This document shows, one piece after another, positions 35,313-45,020 of a stretch of DNA of 64,000 nt. The stretch is from Methanobacteriota archaeon (GTDB taxonomy: Archaea > Thermoplasmatota > E2 > DHVEG-1): assembly GCA_963769885.1 (NCBI GenBank), contig CAVYNH010000005.1:64001-128000 (forward strand), read 5' to 3'. The translations under genes and the position numbers were made by a program. Within the stretch, counting starts at the first letter, position 1, and every line of letters starts with the position of its first letter. The notes under the pieces are model-generated. The model did no database searches. It saw only the letters and a program-made list of their open reading frames with translations, and had not been told where the DNA came from.

Positions 35313-35416
35313 TGGCATGATATGCCATTTCACGGTATGCGGGAGGTTCCTTTAAGTACATACTGTGGTGTAAGGGGCGATTTCACAAACCTTAAATACC
35401 GAGCATGGCATTTCAC
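35313..35416 (+). promoter_or_regulatory. Pilin promoter region with inverted repeat, three ATTTCAC boxes and TATA
   Basis: TGGCAT-GAT-ATGCCA at 35313-35327; ATTTCAC at 35327, 35380 and 35410; CTTAAATA at 35391-35398. Confidence 0.55.
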
Positions 35417-35477
35417 AGCCAAGTTTACAGCTGAAGCCCGCATCGTCTGGGCATAAGGCTAGGAGAGAATGGGAAAC

Positions 35478-35921
35478 ATGAAAGCAAATCGTAAGTTTAA
35501 GCAAGAGCAGGAAGCAGTCTCCGCTGTTATTGGTGTCATCCTCATGGTCGCCATAACAGTCGCGATCGCAGCAACCGTGTACGTCTATGTCAGTGGAATG
35601 ATTGGAACAGGCACACAATCAACACCTTCCATTAGCATGACTGCAAGCCCCGTAGCAGGCGGAGGTGTTTGTTCAGTCACGATTGCCACTGCGTCTTCAC
35701 CCAACATCAACTGGACTAGCTCTGTCACTGCGAACCTCAACTGTATTACAAATGCTACAAAAATGTCTGCTGGTCATTTAGGGTCATTACCCACCGGAAT
35801 GGTGGCTGGCGGAGATCTTCTTTCAATGATTGGCCTGACCGCAGGTAACCAATATTCCTTAACTTTAACCTATAAACCGACCGGCGGAACAATGGGAACA
35901 GTGACCTGGAGCCAGGTCTAA
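35478..35921 (+). CDS. Archaeal type IV pilin (probable major pilin)
   Basis: MKANRKFKQEQEA^VSAVIGVILMVAITVAIAATVYVYV class III signal and H-domain; own promoter and very long oligo-T terminator. Confidence 0.95.
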   Translation: MKANRKFKQEQEAVSAVIGVILMVAITVAIAATVYVYVSGMIGTGTQSTPSISMTASPVAGGGVCSVTIATASSPNINWTSSVTANLNCITNATKMSAGHLGSLPTGMVAGGDLLSMIGLTAGNQYSLTLTYKPTGGTMGTVTWSQV

Positions 35922-35929
35922 ACCTTCCC

Positions 35930-35975
35930 TTTTTTTATCTTTTTTTTATTTTTCTTTTTTCTATCTTCTTTTCGT
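35930..35975 (+). terminator. Extended oligo-T terminator after pilin
   Basis: About 45 nt of T-runs directly after the stop codon. Confidence 0.65.
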
Positions 35976-36093
35976 TTATCGTCTCATAGCAGCCGTAATC
36001 AATTTTACTGTCAAATGCACAATTTGGAAAAAAAATTAATTAACTATTTATAGCGGAAATGAATAAAGAAAACATTGAGTTGGGGTTCGAGAG

Positions 36094-36510
36094 ATGAAAC
36101 AGATTAGAAAAGATTACGAAGCGGTATCAGCAGTTATTGGCGTAATTATAATGGTTGCTGTTGCCGTAGCCATGGCAGCAGTAGCTTATGCATATTTTAC
36201 CGGAATGATCGGCCAACAACAAGAAGTCACTCCAACGTTTAGCTTTAATCCAGATGAAAATTTGAATACATTAACAGTAACTCAGATGGAGAAACCGACG
36301 AATTGGGAACAATTAAAGATCATTGAAAACCAAGGATCAACATCGATTGAAATTCAAAATCAAACAGGCCCAAAAACAGGACCCATTTCGAATGGAGACG
36401 TCGTTCTAATTAACGGTCATGGTTTGTCAGGAACAGTTATGGTCATGGTTGTCTATATACCGACTGGAACCATGGTATATCAAGGGACTTTTGTTGATGT
36501 TACTTCCTAG
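36094..36510 (+). CDS. Second archaeal type IV pilin (AT-rich)
   Basis: MKQIRKDYEA^VSAVIGVIIMVAVAVAMAAVAYAYF; W..L.I and I..GD motifs; TTTATA upstream. Confidence 0.93.
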   Translation: MKQIRKDYEAVSAVIGVIIMVAVAVAMAAVAYAYFTGMIGQQQEVTPTFSFNPDENLNTLTVTQMEKPTNWEQLKIIENQGSTSIEIQNQTGPKTGPISNGDVVLINGHGLSGTVMVMVVYIPTGTMVYQGTFVDVTS

Positions 36511-36826
36511 TCGGAATATACCGATTTAATTAGTCAACAAGATTTTCATTTGAACTTGCTTTTTTCCTTTCCTTAACCTTCTTCCCTATTCACTTAGGGG
36601 AAGTAAATTTCAGGCACAAGCCTAACCTGAAGAGCAGCTCCTATGAAAAAAAGGCTCCCGTTCGCCTCACGAACCTTGATCACCGTGAGCCCGAACTCGG
36701 GGACCCTGATACCACGTTGCAGAAAAAATCCTGCTTTACGCAAATTACCAAACCGTACAAAACACCAACACCGAAATAAAACCAGGACAAACCATAAAAA
36801 CCAGATCGAGGAAAGTACAGGTACGT

Positions 36827-37063
36827 ATGGTAACGGAGTGCGAGAACTGCAAAAACCTCATGGTGAAACCCTGGAAACCGATGACAAGCGAGGATCAACA
36901 CAAAAAACTAGACACTCTTGACAACTGCAGGTTCGGCCACAAGCAGGTACGACTGGACTTCGCAATCATCTATCCCGGCGACTGCCCAGACTTTACCTCA
37001 AAAAACACCCACATGAAAACACCATCCCAAATCTTCAACACCATGCAACTCCTTATTCTCTAA
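36827..37063 (+). CDS. Small Cys-containing hypothetical protein
   Basis: 78 aa with CxxC...C..GH...CPDF; AGGT SD-like motif upstream. Confidence 0.45.
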   Translation: MVTECENCKNLMVKPWKPMTSEDQHKKLDTLDNCRFGHKQVRLDFAIIYPGDCPDFTSKNTHMKTPSQIFNTMQLLIL

Positions 37064-37398
37064 ACCAAACCAACCAATCCCCCTCTTCTCAAACATTCTA
37101 CATAGCATCCCTAACCATAATATGTGATCGTCCAACCATAATCGATATCTTAATAAAAGCCGTCCTGTTCCAGGGGCGCAATGCGCTTCACCCTCAAACC
37201 CGACGAAATCAATACGCAGACCACCGGCGTCACCATCATCATCCACTCGGCACACTAACATCGAAGGATACCGCAGTCTCAGCTCTTTTTAACCACGATA
37301 AAATGCAATCAAATGCCGTGAATTAACATACCAAGCAACTGAGCATCCATCATTCCAACATGCCTATTCATCAACCCATCCGTTTCTCTTAAAAAAGA

Positions 37399-38049
37399 TT
37401 AGGCATTGAACACCAGAGACTCCCCTTCACCGACTACCTCAACCTTCCCATCCCTGACCTTGACCGCCGACTGATCATCCAAAGCGTATATCGGCTCCTT
37501 TACTTGCCTCGCCATCTTCTCCAGGCTCTCCCGCCGCACACTCGGGAAATACGGCGAATTCAGATGCGGCCGGACATGAAACCGCACAAACCCAAGCGGT
37601 CGCTCATGCTCGTACCCCATCGGCTCAGAACACGTCATCCGCAGACTATGCGTCGCCACGATACTCCCCGCACTCGTCCCCACATACACCCGACTCCTCA
37701 ATAACTCAGGTAACAACCCCGCCAACCCAGACGTATTCAACCAATGCATCAAAAAATACGTATTCCCGCCCCCAATCATCACCACATCCGATTCCCGAAT
37801 ACGCGGTTCCCACACCGACCGCGGCACCGCCGCCACATCCACAATATCCATTGACGCCAACCCCAACCCCCGACACTGCACTAGATCCTGAATCAACCAC
37901 CACTTATCCCCCGGCTCCACATCCGCCGCCGTCGGCACAAACACCATCCGCACCTCCCCAAACGGCCTCCCCACTAACTCCAACAACGCCTTCGCGATTG
38001 ACTTGTTCGCAATCCCCGACGACGTCAACAACAACCGCACGATACTCAC
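37399..38049 (-). CDS. Peptidase E (S51 family, class I GATase-like)
   Basis: LLLTS.G, FVPTAA, IGGGNT..L, YVGTSAGS nucleophile elbow, PH; GTGA overlap with the upstream DHH gene. Confidence 0.9.
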   Translation of the reverse strand: MSIVRLLLTSSGIANKSIAKALLELVGRPFGEVRMVFVPTAADVEPGDKWWLIQDLVQCRGLGLASMDIVDVAAVPRSVWEPRIRESDVVMIGGGNTYFLMHWLNTSGLAGLLPELLRSRVYVGTSAGSIVATHSLRMTCSEPMGYEHERPLGFVRFHVRPHLNSPYFPSVRRESLEKMARQVKEPIYALDDQSAVKVRDGKVEVVGEGESLVFNA

Positions 38050-39023
38050 GCCCTCGACAAGAACCCAAGCACCATCTTCACCAACTCATCGGTCTGCCCC
38101 TTCGGCACCACCGCCCCCATCACCTCAGCCTTCCCCCCGCACCGACACCCCGTCGCCCGCCCCTGTTCAATCAACGGCTGCAAATTCTTAGTACTCCGAA
38201 CATACACCTGATCGCAATCTTGGAAAAACCCGGTGTTTACCGTCACCGTATCCTGCTTTGTCTCCCAAAACACCTTCCGGGTCACCGTCGAAATAATATT
38301 GCACTTCGTTCGCATCCGCTTCACACACACCCCACCCACCTCCTCTCCCGGCATCTCTACCCACCGCCGGATCTCTTCCTCAAGGAACGCCAAGTTCTTC
38401 TTCCACCTCACATTCCCCAGGATCTCCTTCGGATCGGAACTGCGCAACAACAGCCGCGGTGCATCCATCACCGCCTTTCGATTCCCCACCTTATAACTCG
38501 AATCCAACAGATACACCATCGCCAACAACTCCTTCATCGTCAGCTGATGCTGTAGACAAAAACTATACAGGATCCCCGCAAACTCCTTGTTCGCCTCAAT
38601 CCGCTCCTCATGATCCCCCACCACCCCCAACACAGCAAACAAGTTCACCGGATTCCCAAAAAAGGTGTTGATGATCCAGCTCGCCGACGGAAACTTCTCC
38701 GCCGGCTCCCCCCGACTGACCGGATTCTCATGGGTTACTCCAGCAATTAACGGCTGCAGATGATGATCGAAGATAAACACCTGAGCCGATGCGGCCAGCC
38801 GTCGGATGTTCTCCTCCGGCAATGCCATATCCGCCACCACTACAAACTCATACTCGGAGTACGCCGCAAGCTCCTCCTCCGTCAAAAAATAATTCCCAAG
38901 GGCCGGCGTCTTGTTGACGACATGCTCACCAAGCCGCTGCAACAACAGGACCGCTGAACAGATCCCGTCCGTATCCCAATGATGAATCAGCAGCCCCCGC
39001 TTCCCTCGCAATTCTTCAAACAT
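38046..39023 (-). CDS. DHH-family phosphoesterase
   Basis: Start reassigned to MFEELRG; HWDTDG, VAD, FDHH, NP, GVVGD motifs; degenerate DHHA1 (YVRS...GGKAEVMG). Confidence 0.88.
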   Translation of the reverse strand: MFEELRGKRGLLIHHWDTDGICSAVLLLQRLGEHVVNKTPALGNYFLTEEELAAYSEYEFVVVADMALPEENIRRLAASAQVFIFDHHLQPLIAGVTHENPVSRGEPAEKFPSASWIINTFFGNPVNLFAVLGVVGDHEERIEANKEFAGILYSFCLQHQLTMKELLAMVYLLDSSYKVGNRKAVMDAPRLLLRSSDPKEILGNVRWKKNLAFLEEEIRRWVEMPGEEVGGVCVKRMRTKCNIISTVTRKVFWETKQDTVTVNTGFFQDCDQVYVRSTKNLQPLIEQGRATGCRCGGKAEVMGAVVPKGQTDELVKMVLGFLSRA

Positions 39024-39123
39024 ACGAAAGACCTGACCAAATCGTACTTTCGTGACCGTTCCTGGTAAGAAACCAACATTCCTTAATATTACCTCCGCGA
39101 TATCCACTGTAGGGATACCTCAT

Positions 39124-39840
39124 ATGGAGATGTGGATGCTCGATGGAATCAGGCTTATTCTCGGAACCATCATCCTCCTCTACGCCTCCTACACCGACAT
39201 CAAGACACGGCACGCCTCCAACATCCTCTGGATCGTCATGGGCACCACCGGCGTCATCCTTCTCGCCATCCAATACTTCTTCTTCGGCTTCTCCAACTTT
39301 TGGTACCTCGTCTTCATCCCTATCATCATCGCCCTCATGTACGCCCTCTTCCAGATGCGCCTCATCTTCGGCGGCGCCGACGCCAAAGCCATGATGGCCC
39401 TCGCCGTCCTCGTCCCAATCGAACCGAAACTGAACAGCATTCCTCTCTTATGGACACCAATCTCAATGCCCTGGTCCTGGGTCATCTTCGCCAACGCCGT
39501 CCTCCTCTTCCTCATCATCCCCCTCAGCCTCATCATCTACAACGCCGCCAAACACAACCTCAAAATGCCCTACGCCTTCCTCGGCTACAAGATGAACATC
39601 CAAAAAGCCAAGACCAAGTTCGTCTGGCCCCTAGAAAAACTCGTCGACGGCAAACGCAAATTCTCCCGCATCCCCGACGAATTCGACGAAACCAGCCACC
39701 TCAAAGCCTTCGAAGACGCAGGCATCGACGAGATCTGGGTCACCCCCAAAATCCCCTTCATGGTCCCCCTTCTCGCCGGCTTCCTCACCGCCTTTTTCCT
39801 TGGCGACCTCATCAGTGCCTTCTTGCAAGCCATCCTCTAA
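39124..39840 (+). CDS. pibD: Prepilin/prearchaellin peptidase (A24, PibD/ArlK family)
   Basis: AS..DIKTR first Asp, FGGADAKA GxxD motif, C-terminal IWVTP.IPF+VPL..GF; multiple TM helices. Confidence 0.93.
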   Translation: MEMWMLDGIRLILGTIILLYASYTDIKTRHASNILWIVMGTTGVILLAIQYFFFGFSNFWYLVFIPIIIALMYALFQMRLIFGGADAKAMMALAVLVPIEPKLNSIPLLWTPISMPWSWVIFANAVLLFLIIPLSLIIYNAAKHNLKMPYAFLGYKMNIQKAKTKFVWPLEKLVDGKRKFSRIPDEFDETSHLKAFEDAGIDEIWVTPKIPFMVPLLAGFLTAFFLGDLISAFLQAIL

Positions 39841-39896
39841 ACAAAAGGATAAATCAAACAACACCATATATGAACAATCCCCCCGAGGTATAACCC

Positions 39897-40217
39897 ATGG
39901 GCTCACTCTACACCGCGGAATTCATTAACAAAGGAAGTCACCCCGTCTCCGGCTACTATGCCCTCCACGTCCTCAACGAACCCGACAAGCACCACGACTT
40001 CCACATTGAGCCCGGCAAGAAACTGCAGCTCAGCCTCGACTTCAGCGGCTTCTTCTACTGCGCCTTCTCCATCAACGAAGACGGCGGCAACCGCAAAACC
40101 CACTACCTCGAAATCCGCTCCACCGCCGACTTCCTCCTCCTCGAACAATTCCTCGTCAAAAACTACCACCTCGAACTCCAGAACGCCAGACCAGACTACC
40201 GAGAATTCCTCGAATAA
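39897..40217 (+). CDS. Hypothetical protein
   Basis: 106 aa, genome-typical C-ending codons, GAGGT SD; no family recognised. Confidence 0.7.
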   Translation: MGSLYTAEFINKGSHPVSGYYALHVLNEPDKHHDFHIEPGKKLQLSLDFSGFFYCAFSINEDGGNRKTHYLEIRSTADFLLLEQFLVKNYHLELQNARPDYREFLE

Positions 40218-40253
40218 TCTAGAATTCTAAGAAAAAAAAGAAAGGGAGGCTGG

Positions 40254-42722
40254 CTAGGGATACCCGCCGATCATCAACGTCGGGTCCCCGAGCAGCACCC
40301 ACTGCTGCACGGTCTTCGGATGCCCAGCGGCCAGGTCGGTCATATCGAAGCTGTTCAGGTACGCGGTCAACGTCTGCGCATACGCCTGCCCGAGCACTTG
40401 ATGGCCGTACTGCCCGTACTGCCGGAAGAACTCGATTGTGATCCACGAGTCCCCACCGCCTGTCGTCAAGTCGATCCCGGGCATGCCGTACCCGAGTCCC
40501 GTGTTCCCCATCGAGGCGATTGCGCCACCATGCGGGTTGCGGATGAGCCGCCAGCTGAACGTCTCAGGAACCGGGAAGCCATTGCACCAGCATGTTAACT
40601 TCGGGAGTTTGGGGTAGTAATAATTCAGGATGTCCAACAGTCCCCGGACCATGGAGACATTGAACTGGCTATTGTGACATCCTCCGACGACCGCGATGGG
40701 CAGTTTCTCCTTATTCTTCATCGTATCCATGGGGAATAGCGGGAGCGTGGCATAGGGCGCCCAGGGATGGATTGTCGTAACCTGCATCCCGGTGATGCTA
40801 CCGCCGACGCGGTTCCCAGGGATGCCGGGGTAATGGTCCGCCCAGACGTTGGGGCTGCCGTGCCCGGAGAGGAACACGAACCCGGCGCCCTGGTTCCAGG
40901 CGTCGAGGACGCTCTGGATTCCGGTCAGCCGCCCGTTCGAGGCCCAGACGATGTCCCGGGTGAAGTTTTGCGGCATGTAGTAGAGGGCGCCACCGCGGCC
41001 GAGTAGGGCTTTCTCGCCGGTTCCGTATTCGCCTTCCCAGTACATCACGGTGTTGTTGCGCCAGTCCTCGAACACGGTCGCACCCGTACTGTTGGTGATC
41101 CAGACGTGGATGTTGCTGAGGTTCCCGTACGGCTCGGGGTCGTAGCTCTTCCCCCGGATTGTCAGGACGCCGCCGACGTAGCTTTGGTTTGCCCAGTGGT
41201 AGAACTGGTTGCAGTAGGCCTCTTTCTCGGTTGGCGTATAGTTGAAGTCCGTATTGCCCAGGATGTTTCCTTCGGAAACCGTGCAGATCTCCGCCATGGG
41301 CAGGCCGGGGTAGGAGTGGATTCTGAGGTTATCGTCTTGGTTGAAGGTGAGGTTGGTCGGTTGGGTGTGGTCGACGGTCACATTCGTGGTCTCAATCGGG
41401 CCGAGGATGTTGGCGGGGTTCGAGCTTTGGGCGTTGATGGTGTAGGCGCCGGCGGGCAGGCTGTTGGTGTCCCAGGTGATGTTGAGGTCTTCTTGGTCGA
41501 GGAACCCGTCGCCGCTGATGACGGTCATCTTCTTGAACCAGTCGGCGTCGTAGGTTGTGTTCTCGTACTTGATGATCTTGTTGACAACGGTGCGGACTTC
41601 GGCGACGCTGGTGCAGGCGAGCCGGCCGAGCATGACGTCGGGGTACATGTCGATGCCGGTATCGTTTTGGATGCCGGGGCGTCCCCAGGCGGCGTAGACG
41701 CCGTCGCCGTTGGGGTCCCATGAGGAGAAGGTGCCGTTGGGGCCGTAGATGTCGGCGTAGTAAAGGTCGCTGATGACGCCAGGGTCATGGAGGGCTTCGG
41801 CGAGGGGGAACTTGGGGTTGTCCCAGAGGTTGGTGTAGCGGACGGGGAGGTACCAGCCGGAGGAGCCTTGGTTCTGGTCGTCCTTGGGCTTGGAGTAGAT
41901 GATGTTCTTGACGCCGCCGACGAGCAGGACGCTGGTGATGTTCTGGGTTTCGATTGCGTCCTTGATGAAGTGCTTAATTTGTTCGGGTTTGTCCGCGCCC
42001 TGGTATTGGGCGTAGATGTCTTCTGTGGTCTTCAGAGTAGTTGGGATGCCGTGGCTGATCTTATGGGCGATGAGCGGCTGGAGGGCGTCTGTGAACTTCT
42101 GGGGGGCGATGATGACTAGGTGGGTTACGTTGTTGAATGTTCTCTGGTTCTGGGGTGGGGTGTAGGTGATGGTCGCGGTCGCGGATTGGGCGATGAGGAG
42201 GGTGTTGGTGGCGGGGGTGTAGCGGATGGGGGTGTAGCGGAGGGTGACGAAGGTGACATGGTTGTTGTGGGCGTTGAGGCCGACGCCGATGCTAGTGGTG
42301 TACCAGGTGTTGGGGTACGGGGTCGTGGAGGCGTAGACTGCGGTGTCTGTGGTGATGGTGGTGGTGGTTTGGATGTCGTCGAGGAGTGGGAGCATCTGGG
42401 GGCAGGGTCTGATCTGGCCGGTGATTTGAGTCGTGGTGACGTCGGTGGGGGTGAGGGTGACGTGGATGTTGGTGGCGGCAAACGGCAGCTCAACAGTCCG
42501 GGTGAGGGTGGGCAGCTTGGGGCAGCCGGGGTCGGTGAGGTAGGTGGATTCCCCGGTGAGTTGGAGGCTGAGGTCTGTGGTGGACGTCGGCTGGATCTGG
42601 TAGGGTGGGGTGGTGAGGGTGAGGGTGCATTGGCTGCCTTGTGTTTGTTGGGCGGTGAGGGTGGCGGCGATGCTGGTGCTCAGGAGTGTTCCGACGAGTA
42701 GGAGCATGATGATTTTCTTCAT
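40254..42722 (-). CDS. Secreted C25 (gingipain-family) peptidase with propeptide and internal Ig-like insert
   Basis: Signal peptide; propeptide (DPG.P.LP, YP, Y.P+RY.P); VLLVGG, SDLYYAD, PDV.LGRL, catalytic SGHG and GGC, GGAIA..G.T, LLGDP.L.IGGY. Confidence 0.93.
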   Translation of the reverse strand: MKKIIMLLLVGTLLSTSIAATLTAQQTQGSQCTLTLTTPPYQIQPTSTTDLSLQLTGESTYLTDPGCPKLPTLTRTVELPFAATNIHVTLTPTDVTTTQITGQIRPCPQMLPLLDDIQTTTTITTDTAVYASTTPYPNTWYTTSIGVGLNAHNNHVTFVTLRYTPIRYTPATNTLLIAQSATATITYTPPQNQRTFNNVTHLVIIAPQKFTDALQPLIAHKISHGIPTTLKTTEDIYAQYQGADKPEQIKHFIKDAIETQNITSVLLVGGVKNIIYSKPKDDQNQGSSGWYLPVRYTNLWDNPKFPLAEALHDPGVISDLYYADIYGPNGTFSSWDPNGDGVYAAWGRPGIQNDTGIDMYPDVMLGRLACTSVAEVRTVVNKIIKYENTTYDADWFKKMTVISGDGFLDQEDLNITWDTNSLPAGAYTINAQSSNPANILGPIETTNVTVDHTQPTNLTFNQDDNLRIHSYPGLPMAEICTVSEGNILGNTDFNYTPTEKEAYCNQFYHWANQSYVGGVLTIRGKSYDPEPYGNLSNIHVWITNSTGATVFEDWRNNTVMYWEGEYGTGEKALLGRGGALYYMPQNFTRDIVWASNGRLTGIQSVLDAWNQGAGFVFLSGHGSPNVWADHYPGIPGNRVGGSITGMQVTTIHPWAPYATLPLFPMDTMKNKEKLPIAVVGGCHNSQFNVSMVRGLLDILNYYYPKLPKLTCWCNGFPVPETFSWRLIRNPHGGAIASMGNTGLGYGMPGIDLTTGGGDSWITIEFFRQYGQYGHQVLGQAYAQTLTAYLNSFDMTDLAAGHPKTVQQWVLLGDPTLMIGGYP

Positions 42723-43004
42723 AGAGTAATGGTCCCCTTTATTCTAATAGTATTTATATTGGTTAATTAAAGTTTGCCTGGTTTTTTAGGTGAGGACGGG
42801 AGATGAAAAAAGAGGCTCATGGTATGACCAGCAATGTCTACGCATCTGTAGAGTTCGGAAAAAATGAATGAACAGTTCGAAATGTCCGAACACGGATTTT
42901 AGTCAGCTACCGCAGCCTCTCCCATTGAGGACGCGCTATTCTTCTCTTAAGATACCCATCAGAAAAAAGAAATACCAGGGGTCTCTATACCCTGCGGACC
43001 AGAC

Positions 43005-44117
43005 GTGTCGGAAAAGAAAGACTACTATGAGGTCCTCGGTGTCTCTCGCGACGCCAGCAAAGAGGACATCAAGAAAGCGTACCGCAAGCTCGCGTTGAAA
43101 TACCATCCAGACAAGAACAAGTCGCCGGACGCGGAGGAACGCTTCAAGGAGATCAGCGAGGCGTACGGTGTCCTTTATGATGACGAGAAGCGCAAGATGT
43201 ACGACGCGCATGGACACTCTGGCATTGACCAGCAGTACACGCAGGAGGACATCTTCCGCGGCGTCGACTTCGGCGACATCTTCCGCAGCATGGGCTTCGA
43301 CATCGGTGGCGGCTTCGGTTTCGACGACATCTTCAGCCAGTTCTTCGGCGGCGGACGCGGGCGCGGACGTCCGGTGCAGCGCCAGCGCGGCAGTGACCTG
43401 CGCTACGACATCCAGATCGGCCTGGAAGACGCCTTCAGGGGTGTCACCACCGAGATCCAGATCCCGCGGACCGAGGGATGTCCGACCTGTCACGGCAGCG
43501 GTGCGGCCCCGGGCACGCGCCCCGTCCAATGCCCTCAATGTAAAGGGACAGGGGAAATCCGTAGTACCCAGAGGACGGCGTTCGGCGTGTTCACCCAGGT
43601 CAGCGTCTGCCCCCGTTGCCACGGCCGCGATGTCATCATCGAGATGCCGTGCCCGATCTGTCGCGGCACCGGAACGATCCAGCAGACACGAACCATCGAT
43701 ATCAAAATCCCGAGGGGGATCGATGAGGGGGCGCAGCTGCGGCTCACAGGGGAAGGGGAGGCCCCAGGCAACGGTTTGCCTCCAGGGGATCTCTACGTCG
43801 TCGTTCATCTCAGGCCTCACTCGATGTATGAACGTCGCGGCGATGACCTGTACCGAACGTTGAACGTGAGTTTTCCGAAGCTCGTGCTCGGCGGCACCGT
43901 CTCGTTGACGACGCTGCATGGGGAGGAGCGGCTGAAGGTCCCGGCTGGCACCGAGAGTGGCTCTGTCGTCCGGCTGAAAGAGCAGGGGATGCCGCACGTC
44001 GGCCATAGCGGGTACGGCGACCTCTATGTCGAGGTCCGCGGTACGATCCCCAAGTCGTTGAATCGGCGGGCGCGACAACTGCTGGAAGAATACATGCAGG
44101 AAACCGAACAGACCTAA
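43005..44117 (+). CDS. dnaJ: Chaperone DnaJ (class A)
   Basis: J-domain with HPD, G/F region, four CxxCxGxG-type repeats (third ends GRD), GDLYV motifs. Confidence 0.97.
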   Translation: MSEKKDYYEVLGVSRDASKEDIKKAYRKLALKYHPDKNKSPDAEERFKEISEAYGVLYDDEKRKMYDAHGHSGIDQQYTQEDIFRGVDFGDIFRSMGFDIGGGFGFDDIFSQFFGGGRGRGRPVQRQRGSDLRYDIQIGLEDAFRGVTTEIQIPRTEGCPTCHGSGAAPGTRPVQCPQCKGTGEIRSTQRTAFGVFTQVSVCPRCHGRDVIIEMPCPICRGTGTIQQTRTIDIKIPRGIDEGAQLRLTGEGEAPGNGLPPGDLYVVVHLRPHSMYERRGDDLYRTLNVSFPKLVLGGTVSLTTLHGEERLKVPAGTESGSVVRLKEQGMPHVGHSGYGDLYVEVRGTIPKSLNRRARQLLEEYMQETEQT

Positions 44118-44319
44118 GCGAATTTTTACGTGGACTATTTAAAGACCCTTTCCTCTCGTCATGACGTCCTCTTTGATGAAAAATTACATTCTTTCCCTCC
44201 TTATATCGGAGGTTGATTTATTTTGAAATATTCAACCGAAGGGCCGAAACTTTTATATAAGAATTCGTGTGTAGTATTTATGGCGAAAATTCAACGCCAC
44301 TACGGAGGCATGGAAGAGT

Positions 44320-44910
44320 ATGGATCCCATTGACGCTGAAGACCGTGACCGTCGCCGTCGACTGCCCTTCGACCTCAAAGACGATGACTTCTTCAACAGC
44401 ATCTTCAACGACGAGCAGCTCAAAGACCTCTTCAACGACAAGCAGTTCAAGGAAGACATCCGCAACATGTACGAGGAGATGATGAAGCTGCTGAACAACG
44501 CCCAGCCAGGGAAGTCCGTCGTCCACGGCTTCAAGGTCCAGTTCGGCCCGGACGGTAAGCCCCACCTCGAGGACTTCGGCAACAAACCAATGCGCTCACC
44601 AGAAGGAGAACTCGCCGTCTCCGACGAGATCGAGCCGCTGACCGACATCATCGAAAACGAAGACTCCGTTTCCATCACCATCGAGATCCCCGGCGTCGAA
44701 CAGAAGGACATCGACCTGCGGGCGAAGGACGACTCCCTGGAAATCACCGTGGACTCCCCGAAGCGGAAGTACCACAAGGTCGTCGGTCTGCCCTGCGACG
44801 TCAAGGCCAAGTCCACCAAGGCGACCTACAAGAATGGCGTCCTGGACATCGTCCTTGAGAAAAAGAAGAAGGACAAGGAAACCGGCGGGTTCCGCGTCAG
44901 TATCGAATAG
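44320..44910 (+). CDS. Archaeal small heat shock protein Hsp20
   Basis: V.GF....GPDGKP..E.FGN, EPL.D+IE, E+PGV...DI, ATYKNGVL, C-terminal VSIE (IxI-type motif). Confidence 0.93.
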   Translation: MDPIDAEDRDRRRRLPFDLKDDDFFNSIFNDEQLKDLFNDKQFKEDIRNMYEEMMKLLNNAQPGKSVVHGFKVQFGPDGKPHLEDFGNKPMRSPEGELAVSDEIEPLTDIIENEDSVSITIEIPGVEQKDIDLRAKDDSLEITVDSPKRKYHKVVGLPCDVKAKSTKATYKNGVLDIVLEKKKKDKETGGFRVSIE

Positions 44911-45020
44911 ACCAGACCGCCCTCTTTTTCGTCTTTTTTCTTCTACATTAGGTTCAGAGTATTCGTTCAAGAAAAGAAGAGAGGGGAATCTCGCAAGGAC
45001 GCCCCTATCCCAGTATTGCG

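Noticed and set aside
35478-39840. Archaellum (motility) locus
   Set aside because: The filament proteins have pilin-type rather than archaellin-type N-termini, there are two separate TadC genes, and no arlC/D/E/F/G/H or che genes are nearby.
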